Shown here piece by piece: positions 39,979 to 51,066 of a stretch of DNA of 64,000 nucleotides. The notes beneath the pieces are model-generated. The model did not search any database. It saw nothing but the letters and a program-made list of their open reading frames with translations, and was not told the DNA's origin. The DNA is from Lingula anatina (lineage: Eukaryota; Animalia; Brachiopoda), in NCBI GenBank assembly GCA_051362555.1, contig CM120647.1, positions 13,430,651-13,494,650 of the forward strand, read 5' to 3'. The number at the start of each line of letters is the position of its first letter. The first letter of the stretch is position 1. Position numbers and translations under genes: made by a program.

Positions 39979-40554
39979 AGGGACACATAGAAGGATGAAG
40001 AGAGAGAGAGAAAGAGAGAGAGAGAGAATAAAGAGAAAGGTTTTCCAAGGCATTGACGTTCAGTATTTGGTGTGGCAGCATCAGGAGAATAACATCTACT
40101 GCCTTTGCTATTCCGTCTTATAAACCATTGTTTTAAGAAGGAACTCAAGACTGATCTTTTAAAGACGTTTTAATTTTTTTTTCAAATATTTTCTAAAAAT
40201 TTATTCAAAAGCCCCCCTCAAGTGTAATATTTTAAATATTCTGTATAAGAATTTTAGACTTATAATATAATTTATCTGCAAAAAATAATGTATTATTCCG
40301 TAAATTGAAGTCTACAGACATAAAAGTTTATATTATTATCATTATTATTATTATTAATCCAAGGTACTCTCCCATTTTTAAAGGTATTCCCCGGTATATT
40401 TGAAGTTGCCACAATGTTGGCAGACGACCCGGGCTCATGGTTGATGCACTGTCACGTGGACGACCACGTGGGCGCTGGCATGATTACCCAGTATTTAGTC
40501 GAGAAGTCAGAAGATCCTGTGCAATGCTCCAGTGTGGACGATGAGGATACATAA
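21522..40554 (+). CDS. Ceruloplasmin/hephaestin-like six-domain multicopper oxidase (putative ferroxidase), secreted, copy 1; 22 exons, 1080 aa
   Basis: Exons 21522-21585 (signal [21 protein letters not shown]), 23302-23392, 26254-26378, 26647-26769, 26957-27175, 29393-29501, 30179-30379, 31197-31303, 31587-31767, 31911-32088, 32757-32868, 34140-34324, 34617-34752, 35065-35280, 35615-35731, 35925-36027, 36657-36834, 37494-37636, 37985-38118, 38537-38713, 39159-39331, 40384-40554. These total 3243 nt in frame. Motifs: [48 protein letters not shown]. No C-terminal transmembrane segment. Confidence 0.95.
22026..22182. mobile_element. Short CAGGGGCGG...CCGCCCCTG MITE
   Basis: TIRs with a near-8-bp A-rich TSD (taataaaa/aaataaaa). 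A homologous copy at 42422-42584 shares the internal tttttgaccgtcttccgacaga. Confidence 0.75.
24474..24909. mobile_element. Two tandem copies of a ~220-bp MITE (ATTCCCATAGA..TAGATCGATCTA..GGGAAT family, PIF/Harbinger-like)
   Basis: Copies at 24474-24694 and 24695-24909. The same family occurs at 30896-31116 and 55769-55999 (reverse), with degenerate or partial copies at ~20680-20955, ~32200-32395, ~36414-36632 and ~47340-47420. TAA/TTA flanks. Confidence 0.8.
25499..25790. mobile_element. Imperfect palindromic MITE
   Basis: gcggac..atggccgac..tgatggtctccccgcc is mirrored by ggcggggagaccatca..gtcggccat..gtccgc. A related copy lies at ~62588-62781. Confidence 0.65.
27412..29073 (-). mobile_element. 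Decayed Tc1/mariner transposon (~1.66 kb) in intron 5 of oxidase copy 1
   Basis: TA|CAGACTTGACATTTAATATGGAATATTT ... AAATATTCCATATTAAATGTCAAGTCTG|TA (~28-bp TIRs, TA TSD). Minus-strand transposase remnants [26 protein letters not shown] and [17 protein letters not shown] (cf. Tc1 WPSQSPDLNPIENLW), with stops and frameshifts. Confidence 0.88.
30896..31116. mobile_element. MITE, same family as 24474-24909
   Basis: Near-identical internal sequence tagatcgacctaactccctgggggttcacgctaaatagctgtcagccg; absent from the equivalent intron of copy 2. Confidence 0.8.
33602..34018. mobile_element. MITE with GGCCC(C)TATTT(G)CACAC..CACGAATCCCACGAAT TIRs
   Basis: ~60-bp imperfect inverted ends and internal CACGAAT repeats; absent from the paralogous intron. 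Confidence 0.75.
40056..40172 (+). mobile_element. L2/CR1 LINE 3'-end remnant
   Basis: Degenerate translation RSVFGVAA...[13 protein letters not shown] matches the typical L2 ORF2 C-terminus (AFSVAAPxLWN..FKxxLKTxLF). Confidence 0.5.
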
Positions 40555-42285
40555 CCAGACCATTACAGCAACGAGGGCCTTTTTAACAAAAACATTCGTA
40601 CGAAAATTTGTGGAAGCTTTCAGATGAAAAACAATGATAGAATTCGACTCAAGATTAGTTCATAGTAATTTAAGGGAATAAAGCAAATGTAACCATGCAG
40701 TATTAGTTCATTTAAATTAAAATTGGACTGGGCTGATTTAACGTGGAATACAATAGAGTTAAATGAACAAACCATTAACGACCTAGTTTTTTTGTGAAAC
40801 AAGCAATTCATCCGGGGCTCCGGAGGCCAGAGGGACAGTTCCCTATCCACACCCCCTCTATCAAAATAGAGAAGTAATATCTGATACAGCTGGGCATGCA
40901 TATGAAGTCGTATCAATAATGTTCTCTTGCTTGAGGTCAGAAACTAAGGATATGCATGCACATATATTTATATAACATAATAATATGGTTAATTATCACA
41001 AAAATGTCTACTCCGTGTTTATCAATTTAAATGAAGGTAGTTTATTTAGTTGACATGGGCTTTTCAGCTCTGAATACAATACAGGTACGTGGATTGGAAC
41101 CGCGCGTACCTTATTATAATTTATAAATAAAACGATTAAATTCTTGCAACAGGCTAAATTTGTTTATATACTGAAAGGTTCGGACTTGCAATATTTTATA
41201 AAAGTTAAGAGGCTTTTTGTCACAGATATACAACTTAGAACCCATTGTTAAAATAATGGAGGATATTAAGGTGAAAAGTAACACCAGTCAGTAGTGTACC
41301 ACAGTAGATAAACTTAAAAATGTACCTCATCACCGCAAAATCACCGCAAGTGGTGTATTTGTCAACAATAATGTTTCATCTTCAAACTTTGTTTTCATTT
41401 TTTAGTTCCTTTAAACTTTAAAAATTGGTTGGTTTGGCAGATCTAAATGTAAGTACTTTTCAGGTACTAGTATACCAGAAATACCAGATGAAGTATAGTA
41501 CACTCCTCGGCATGGTCTCGTTTTTGTGCCTATATAAGCAGAGACATGAAATTGACATCGTGACAAGCTTAGGACTAAAAAACGAAGCAATATTCATGGA
41601 TGGCAATTGAGTATTAAAATGATGTGCAACAGTAGAAGATTGAATAAATCGATAAAAATGCGTAGAATACTTCTGTCGAATGCATAAAGATCTAATCGTA
41701 AAAAATATCAACCCTTCAAATACTACTGTTAAATGGTGTGAATTACAAAAAGAAAATTTACTGGAAGCTCAGCCCCTCTCTTAAAATAATTATCTCTCGA
41801 TTTTCAGCATGTGAATTATTTTGAAAGCAACCAGTAGTGTGTGGCTACAGAGGAGTACATGTGGGTTTACAAGTCCAACGTGATAATCTTTCAAGTGTGT
41901 CTTACGCGAGGACATTGTATGACCCCACGTAATGTGTCGCTGAGAAGTTATTTAATTTCTATGAGTTGTTTACAATGTATTGATTGTGAAATATGGCTAT
42001 CATACAAACATTTGGTATCCCTTTAACTTCTAATGCACCTAAAACATTGACTTTATAACGCAAAAGACTACAGAGTTGAAATTCAAATTTGAAATTAGTC
42101 CACTGAGGAGAAATAACCTAAACTAAATTCCTAACACCATATAACAGTAACCCGTTTACTTAATAATATAAATCTATGACTGATAAAAATGAAACGGGAC
42201 CGGTTTATCTTCTATATCCAAACGATCAGTTATGCCAACGTCCTACGACGGGTGACGATTCTGGAAGGAAAGACCCCCCCCCCTC

Positions 42286-42321
<36 letters not shown>

Positions 42322-42657
42322 CACACACACACATCACTACGACACAGAAACGGACCGGATAATGAACTTTTGAAATCTGTGGAAAGACAAAAATGTATGG
42401 CACAAAAGAACCATCAAGCAACAGGGGCGGCTCCAGAGGTGTTTTTGACAGTCTTCCAAATTTTTTTGGTCAATCCTTTATTTTTTGACCGTCTTCCGAC
42501 AGAAAAATTACATACCTGTCAATGTAAACTTGAATATCTGACCGTCTTCCAGAAGACCCAGGAGACGGTCTCAATCCGCCCCTGCAGTAATGCGACTTAT
42601 TCCGGCTACCCTCTCAGGTTTGCCTGGTAGGAGTTGGGTGAACTGGACACCAAAAAA

Positions 42658-42742
<85 letters not shown>

Positions 42743-45700
42743 CGAGTCTTCTATATAAAATTTAGAAGTATGAAATTAGATGCATTAACTACCATTTAAA
42801 CTGGGTTATTATTATTACGATAATGAGTATTATTGCTTTGTTTTTGCTTTGAATGTATCTCACCAGAATATGATGAAGTTTTAATTCTGATGAAAATATA
42901 AAATATGTACTGACTTCTTAATAATTCCGCCGGGTATAAGGGACTCCAATCCGACTACAGAAACTTCTAGATCCGGTTCAGGATTCCGGACTTGTGTTTT
43001 AGCCTGGAGAGAGAAGCAACTCCACATCACAGCTTAGTTAAAAAAATCAAAACTCTTTTTAATTCCCAGGACGTTGCCTGTTTTTATACAAGACATCGGC
43101 GTGATAGCACTGTGATTGTACAGTATCTAAGTTAGACAAGTATAAATAATATTAGTTAAGTGCAATAACTGCACAGACGTTAAATAAGACCAATTAAAGT
43201 TAGATAAGAGCAATTACCATGCTAATACGAGCCGCGTGCCCTTGTCCGCGACTTCATTAAAATCAGTTAACATGTGGAAATGTTTTGTGGTTTGCACAAT
43301 GTGCATAATGTCTGGGGAGTTGAAGGAATTGAGAAATGAAACTCAGGGGTGAATCCGAGGGGAAAAAGACAAGGAGGCAACGGCGGAATGAAAGCAGCCT
43401 TGCTAAATCACGGTGCTCATATATCCCATTATTTGAAGTCCATATGTCCGCAGTAAAAATTCTCCAGTGCAGAGAGAAAAATCGGTGTTAATAATGACTG
43501 TACAACAACGCACCGTTGCAGACCATAAACCCCGTCATCTATTACACCAAATAAATTTTAATTAAATTAATGACAAGCCAGGACCAATGAAAATACCCAG
43601 ATAGTCCGCCACAGTTTTTCCCTTTAGTTCGTGGTTGATACACGCCAGTATTGTTTTTGTCTTCGGGGAGAACTGAATGGAGCGAACCGTAAGGAAGCAC
43701 CCCACTAAAATGTAAGTGAATTAACAATCTTGGTTTTTTATAACACCATTCAAAGGATTATCCATAAACGCGGATGCTGATTACATAGTTGATAATTGTT
43801 CTTAAGTTCACAATGTCGACTTTGTCGTCTTCCTTTATTCAAAGCAGCTGATCATTTTCTACCATTAATTATTGAAAGGTTTTTCCTCGATCATTGTAAA
43901 ATGATTATTTCGTGCCCTTGCCTTTAATAGTCTTTTAATGTGATTCGAGTCTAGAATTTTTCAACTGTTTATTGATGAAAAGTTAAGCAAAGAAATTAAC
44001 GTGTGCAAATACGTAACAAGACTGGGTTGTTTCGAAACTTCAGTATCCGAGCATGTGCACACGTGTGTGTGTGCAAATGTGTGTGTTTGTGTGTGCGTGT
44101 GTGTGTGTGGGGGGGGGGGAGGGTTGTGTGCCTGTGAGCAGAATATTCAGGTTTCCCAATGTTCACATGTTCACAACAGTTTTGAAATCGTCAATGCTGT
44201 CGCAGTATAGAACTTTAAAATAATAATATGAAAAAATGGAGTTTCATCTCATGGAGAAAAGTTTTAAAGTCGAACAAAAATACTGCAATGAATCAGAAAA
44301 AAATTGAGGTATTTGTGCTTGAAAGAGAGAAAAAACTTTTCCGTTTTAAAATAAAACTACTTGAGTTTTATCTTAAGTAAAAAATGGGCATTCGATGAAC
44401 AGTCAAATCCTGCTGTTTTCTCGAAAGAACTTATTTCAAGTGGCTACATCACTTTTTGATCAACTAATTATTATTATTATTATTATTGTTATTATTATTA
44501 TTATTATTATTCAAGCCCTTATTTTTTGAGTTTTTAATCAATTTGATGCTGTGCACGACTTCACATTCCTGGCAAAACGACCTTGCTGTCAACTGTAACA
44601 CTATAATGTACCCCACCAAAGGTTGATGCTGATACTTATTCCACTATTCATACCAATTGCAATTACTAGTCCGCAGAGCTCCAAATCACGCCATGTGCGC
44701 ATGCGAGCATTATTTTAGTTAATAAAACAAGTTTACTTAAGCGTGAGAAAAAGAGAAAAAGAAAGTGATGGTCGACGCTTCTCATGGACATATCATGAAT
44801 TGAAATTAAGAACGTATACTTTAAATAAAGTTAATCCTTAACGTATAAGAAAATACTTTAATGAATATTCATTTTAAGCATTATTCTTTGGTTGCCCTGA
44901 GTAATTTAATTTTTCTAGTCGTGAAATATATGTCGTATACCGCTGTCAATACAATAAGGGGCATCATCAGCGGTGTTGTGTAGTGAGAATATGTCACTGC
45001 TTTTCTTCAATTAATATATCTGTAGGTAAATGAATAAAACTACTGTAACTGCTATAATCTTTGTAATTTCCTTTTTACACCAGATGTTCTGCACAAAACA
45101 TTTACATAGCTGTCAAATTCCATGAAGCGTTAACGTTGGAGAGTTAAACGTGAGGTGGCGCATGTAGCTACATCTCAACCTTAACCGGTGGGACACATTA
45201 TAAGCATGTAATTAATAGACTAAGACACCGTTAACTGGGGGTAAAAGGCGTTTATGGACCGTGATACATAAAATACATCATATTTTTACTTCAACAGCAA
45301 TACCAATGTGAACTTTGCCCAGCGTTGAAACATTTGATGTGAAGTAGGCCTAAATTGGCCAATTAGTTCAAATGTATGAACCATGCTTGTTTAATTTTGT
45401 CATAGTAACTGTGGGAGACTCTCGCATAACTTGAGGACAGGACGACTGCATGTCGCCTGGTAGGGCCAGAACAAAATTTTATTGAAATTGTTAAAATATG
45501 TGTGGGGTCAGATAAACGCAAGAAATTTCACCAGGGTCGAAGTTTTTGTCCTTAGCGCCATTAGGCAAGAGAACCCATGACCTAAAGCTGGCTTTAAAAC
45601 TTTTATATTAAATCATTTTGTCTTCATTTATCAAAGATAAGGTGATAAGGTGCTCATTTATATTGACATTGAGCTTTTAAAAAGTAAAGTGATGACTGAC

Positions 45701-46469
45701 GTTTTTCATGGGTTTAAATTATTTTGTATTGAAATGAAGAACAATTTTCGGTGGAAGTGTCTCTGTTAAATAAATTGAATCCTTGCACGCACGTATTACA
45801 AAAACAAATTAATAGAGAGTTCATTTTTAGCACTTTTCCTTGTTGGCCTTGAGAAATTAATTTTTTCCAATCTTGACAAATGATCAACATAGAGCCTGGA
45901 TATATTTTAAGCAAACTGCTCAAACTGGTTGTTTGAAAGCAAAGAAACGCGCCAACTGTTTAAGGGAATTAAGGTGGTATGCCTCGTTGTCCTCCTAAGA
46001 ATGGGTTACTTATACTAGTATTGGGGAAGACATATCATTCGTTGTCAAGGCAACATGAAGAAGCATAGGGCTCGTCTCTACCCCAGGTCAGCTGAGGATG
46101 ACGTCATTTCATGGAAAAAAAAAACAGTCCAGAAAGGTGAACAGCCAGTGGATGACCAGAGGAATTTTTATGGATTTGTTCTGGAGTGTAGCATGTGACT
46201 ATTTGTTATGATGATTTTGAAAATCTTATGTGGATTCGATACATCCCTTTATTACAATGAATGACGCATCTAACGCGTTTTATAAGTTTTTAACAAGCAT
46301 CCTTCAAAGCTTTTACTTTAGCAAGGAGCACTGGCGTATCCGTCTTGGTTGACTATCACAAGCCGACAGCAAGATTAAACTAGTCCTTGACATTCTTGTG
46401 CATAAACGTGAGCGCTCTCGTATAATTAGTTCAATCAGGGAAACGTCCATATCCCAGACATACAGCACT

Positions 46470-46722
46470 CAGGGCCCAGTTTCACCAACACTGGATAGCA
46501 TTATCCTATGGATAACACTATCCACTGGATAGAATTGTTATCCTCTACAAAGTTATCATGAGGATAGCAGCCATTTTTCACCACCGGGTAGTTATGTCAG
46601 AGACAAAAATAAGTATTTAGTGTTTAGAAAACATTACTTAACCCACCGGATAACAATTCCATCTAATAGATAAATGTTATACGGAGGACAGCGCTGTCCA
46701 CTGTTGATGAAACTGGGCCCTG
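46470..46722. mobile_element. MITE with CAGGGCCCAGTTTCA TIRs just upstream of the first coding exon of copy 2
   Basis: cagggcccagtttcaccaacactggatagc ... gctgtccactgttgatgaaactgggccctg, flanked by ACT on both sides. Confidence 0.8.
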
Positions 46723-46857
46723 ACTGTTTGATTTGTTATGATACAAATATTTTCAAGACAAATATATTAGAATCCATGCAAAACACATCTATCTATCTAT
46801 CTATCTATCTAGCTATCTATCTAGCTATCTTTTTGATTATTTTCTCAAATGTTTCAG

Positions 46858-49158
46858 GAATTTAGTGGGAATGGTAATGGCAGTGGCATTAATTAGCGAA
46901 GTTGCACATGCAAATATTTATAACCAGCAACCGTGGTCTCCAAACGTAGCGGGGAACTCGGGCAATTTCTTCTTCAATGCGGGAGCAGCGCAGGCCCCCA
47001 ACTTCTTGTCACCGTGTGTTAGTGGAAGCAGTTCCTCGTGCAGCAACCCCGGTCCTAACACTGGTGGCTTGCCCTCCTGGATATTTGCCTCACCCAACTC
47101 CCCCACGACCTCGGCCCCACGGTCAGGGCAGGCACCGCCATCTAGTGGAGCATGTGGGATATTCCCTTGGTTATGTCATGGTACCAATCCGCCGCCATCC
47201 TCAGGACCAAACGTGGCACCGCCGCCGTCTACAGTAGCGCCTCCGCCGCCGCCAAGTTTTTGCCAGCAAAACCCGTGGGTGTGTCGTGGCCAAACTGCTG
47301 CCCCTCCACCAACAACCATAGGTAGGAAAAACATTTAAGGGACGATTCCCAGACCCTATCGTGCTAACTGTGGATCGATCTATCTCCGAGGGAATTCTCG
47401 CTAAATTGCAATCACCTTTAGCTGTAAATATGGTTGTCCTCTTATCCATTATAATCCTCGCCGATTCTTAGGCTAGTTCGCTTGTTCCTCTTGATTACGT
47501 CTCATACGTAGGCCTACTGCACTTGTTTTTAAATCCTCATTTGTACATGCACATGATTAGTCAATATAGACGCGCTAAAATCGGTGCTCAAACACCTTTT
47601 CATATTATTCCTAGTATCGTTAACAAATTTGCTGGACGTAATGGATAATAAGATGAAGACTATATGCTCTGCCCAGGAACACTATTAACAAATATCATTA
47701 TGCAAAACACTGTTGAAGTGATGTGTTTCCAGTGAAGATGATTTTCATTACAGCAATTGCTCCATCGACAACGGAGCCACCTACAGTGAATTCGCTGTGT
47801 GCTATAATTCCATGGACGTGTCCGTCACAGACGCAGTCTCCCCAGTCTACAACAACTACACCTCCACCCCAAGGTATGCATGAGCCTGAACATAACACAC
47901 ACGCGCACGCACGCACACGTATGCATTCCTACACGTCATGCATGAACACTTCTGACATGTCACTTTCAGAGTTTTTAACTTACTGAAAGTTTCCATTTTA
48001 AAATGGACCTTTCTATTTCAAATAATATTGAACCCAATAATCGATTTGAATCTTTACATCCACTATACAAATTTACCTTTTTGTAACAGGTAGGTATCTG
48101 ATAGGATATATTAAATTGAACACATCGGTATATTGATTGAGCCGTTCTACCTCATCCATTTTTGCTTTAGTAATACTTTTTTTCCAAGTCAGTATCTTTC
48201 AAAGGATGGGGGTATTTCAATGATGTCATCTTCGGATACATGGCATTGTTAACTTACATTGGTTCCGGAGAAAGCACTGACATTGATATATTCCACTTTC
48301 AGCTCCGGGTGGTGCCGCATGGAATCCATGGTGCTGGTTGTCCCCAGGGCTGTGCTCAACACTCGGTGCCACGCCCCCTCCAACAACTGCCGCCCCGCCC
48401 CCAACAACGGCAGGTGATACCCATACCTCATGCTTACTTTGGCACCGTGTCATAATTATACGAATGTACTTCATAAAAATAAAAGCAAACTAATTTTCAT
48501 TGGAATACAAACATGCAATAGTACATTATCGTCAGGTATCTTCTTAAGCCACACAGACAAAAATGTATGACAAATGGAAGAGTGGTTTGCTTGATCACAG
48601 TATGTGTAATTGAAATCTTTGCAAATGGTAATAGGTTTGAATAGAAAGAAAGACTACGTTTCAGTTATGTAATTTATTTTCAATTGGCAATAGGCAATAG
48701 TGTGTATACTGGAATCGCAATCAAAACCCGTAAGCTACATAACCGCATCCCGCCCACGTTTGTCGTTTGAAATGCAAAAGTATAGCAGTCCAGAAGTCCG
48801 CTTCACGTACAAAATATCTGATCGCCATTTTTTCCAGGTGATAATCCCCTGTGTGCGTTTTCGCCAATGTTCTGTCCGCAAGGGAACCCTCCTTCCGCTG
48901 CGGCTCCTAACACCGGTACACCGAAGCTCGATTTCTTAAGTTTCAGTTTTTACAAATAAAACGTAATTAAAGTGAGGTATTGACAAGAAACGCAGTTTGT
49001 AATTATAAAATAACTATATATTTCAATTTATTATCAAATACTACTTTGATCACAGCTTAATTATTTATTAATGTTAGCGATGTAAGGATGTTGTGCGTGT
49101 TTTGAAATCTGTCATTCGTTTTCAGGAGCAGCCTTTCCATCTGGTGTACAAGCCAGCG
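46858..49158 (+). other. Exon block encoding a signal peptide plus Pro/Thr/Ser-rich repeats with C-x3-P-x2-C motifs
   Basis: [22 protein letters not shown]..., followed by the motifs [40 protein letters not shown] separated by PPPTT/APPP linkers. Canonical AG/GT sites and no in-frame stop in the spliced chain. Confidence 0.85.
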
Positions 49159-49198
49159 GTTAGTATGTTTGTATGAAGACACTTGTTCATTTTGATCT

Positions 49199-49235
<37 letters not shown>

Positions 49236-49359
49236 GTAGTAATAATAAAACATAGCATATTTGTAATTGTCTGATGCGTATACTGTCTGTTTTAATGAGT
49301 TTTTGTAATAAAAACACATGAACAATTATCAGGACAATGACAATATTTATATCTTATAC

Positions 49360-49408
<49 letters not shown>

Positions 49409-51023
49409 GCAACTTTTTTACCTGTGTGTGTGCCCTAATTAGTAAGCAGTACGACTATTAAAAACGAAGAAGATAACTACTTGTACAGTCCTGTTGTGAC
49501 AGGAATGATAGCCCTAGGAGTCCGGGGCCCAAATGATTAGTACAGATGAGGGTTTGTCGGATCATTGAGGTAGTCGGACGAGTGCCACCTCTACAAAGTA
49601 ATGAGGAACGGTCAACGGTTCCGAGCTGACTACAATTCCTGTAACATCGGTTCACTTCTGCACACAGAATTTTTGATTGCGTTTGCAAAACTTTTCAGTG
49701 GGTTTTCTATGTCGAGTTTTGACAATCGAGCTTTTTAAATATCTTTTATTAACTAAAAATAAGGAAAACATAAGTGATTGACAGACCATGTATGTGTTGG
49801 GAAGAAATGGAAACTTGGGCCCTGGACTAATCATTCAATAGCTTTGGATGATGCTAACGTCTTTTTATGTTTTAGGCCAATAATTTTCGTCAAACGTTCT
49901 TACGAAAACCAAACGTTTATACTAGGTGAACTTAAAGTTATTGGGAGAAAGCCACACCCACATTTATTTGAAAACTTAAAATTATGTCTGTCATGCATTT
50001 TGCAGCTGCCCATGTCCGCCATTACTATGTAGCAGTCAAGGAGATAGACTGGGACTACGCCCCGCTGGGAAATCAAGTACACAGTCGTCTAGACAGGTAT
50101 AGGGCCTTTGGACTTCCAACCCTGGTCGTTGACTGCTAAGTTTTGACCTAAGTTTGAAATGATACGATTTTGATTATCTAAAGGTTGGATTTTAAAGTTA
50201 CGTAGATATATAGGTTTAATTTTTATTACACGCATTATTAGCACGCATGGCTGATAAATGGTGAATCTAAATTTACTTGTGTATAACTCTTATTATTAAG
50301 TCGTCAATTCAATAATAACTGTTTTGTCATCTTGTCATCTTGTCTAGAATTCAAGAAAAAAAAATTTATCACGCTTAACAGGGATTGACGCAATATGTAA
50401 CAACTATTCATTGTGCCATATGACTTCACGCACACGTGTTTTCAGTTTTGCCGCCAAGTACCTTGATACTTCTGATCCAAACAGTTTCGGGAAGGTGTTC
50501 AAGAAAGCCGTATACAGGGAATTCACGGACGATACCTTCACACAGGAGAAGCCGCAGCCGAGCCATCTCGGTACGTTTACTATGTTGTGCATCGTATGCA
50601 AAGCAGAGGGTGGAGGGATGGTGGAGGAATTAGGGGATATTATACCAGGGGCGGATCCAGGATTATCTGAAGGGGAGGTCCGGAACGACAGGCATCGCCC
50701 CCTTGGTGTGGAGTTCGGGGCCTGCTCAAGGGCTCCGAATTTTTTTGTGTTTTGGAGAGCAAACTATGCCCTTTAGTACGGTTTAGCTTCTATGAATTAG
50801 CTAGTCAAATTTCTGATTTCAAAGAGGGGAATGTTGGTGTGATATGTTTTTCAGAAAACGGAAGGGGGGGGGGGGGGGGAGTCAGGACCCCCTTGAACCC
50901 CCCCCCTCTAAATCCGCCACTGTCTTACAGTAGTAGTTGAGAAAGTTGTGATTATGGTTCATAATTAAACTAAGACGAAATAGTTTTACATATATTTAAC
51001 AAAATTGTCACAACGACCCTGTA

Positions 51024-51066
<43 letters not shown>

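Noticed and set aside
40520-40545. CAGTGT hexamer near the stop of oxidase copy 1 as a possible iron-responsive element
   Set aside because: Flanks (tgctc/ggacg) do not form the 5-bp upper stem, there is no bulged C, and it lies in coding sequence. No convincing IRE was seen by eye in either gene's putative UTRs.
44050-44110. TGCACAC metal-response-element matches upstream of copy 2
   Set aside because: Embedded in a (GT)n/(CA)n microsatellite-like tract where such matches arise by chance.
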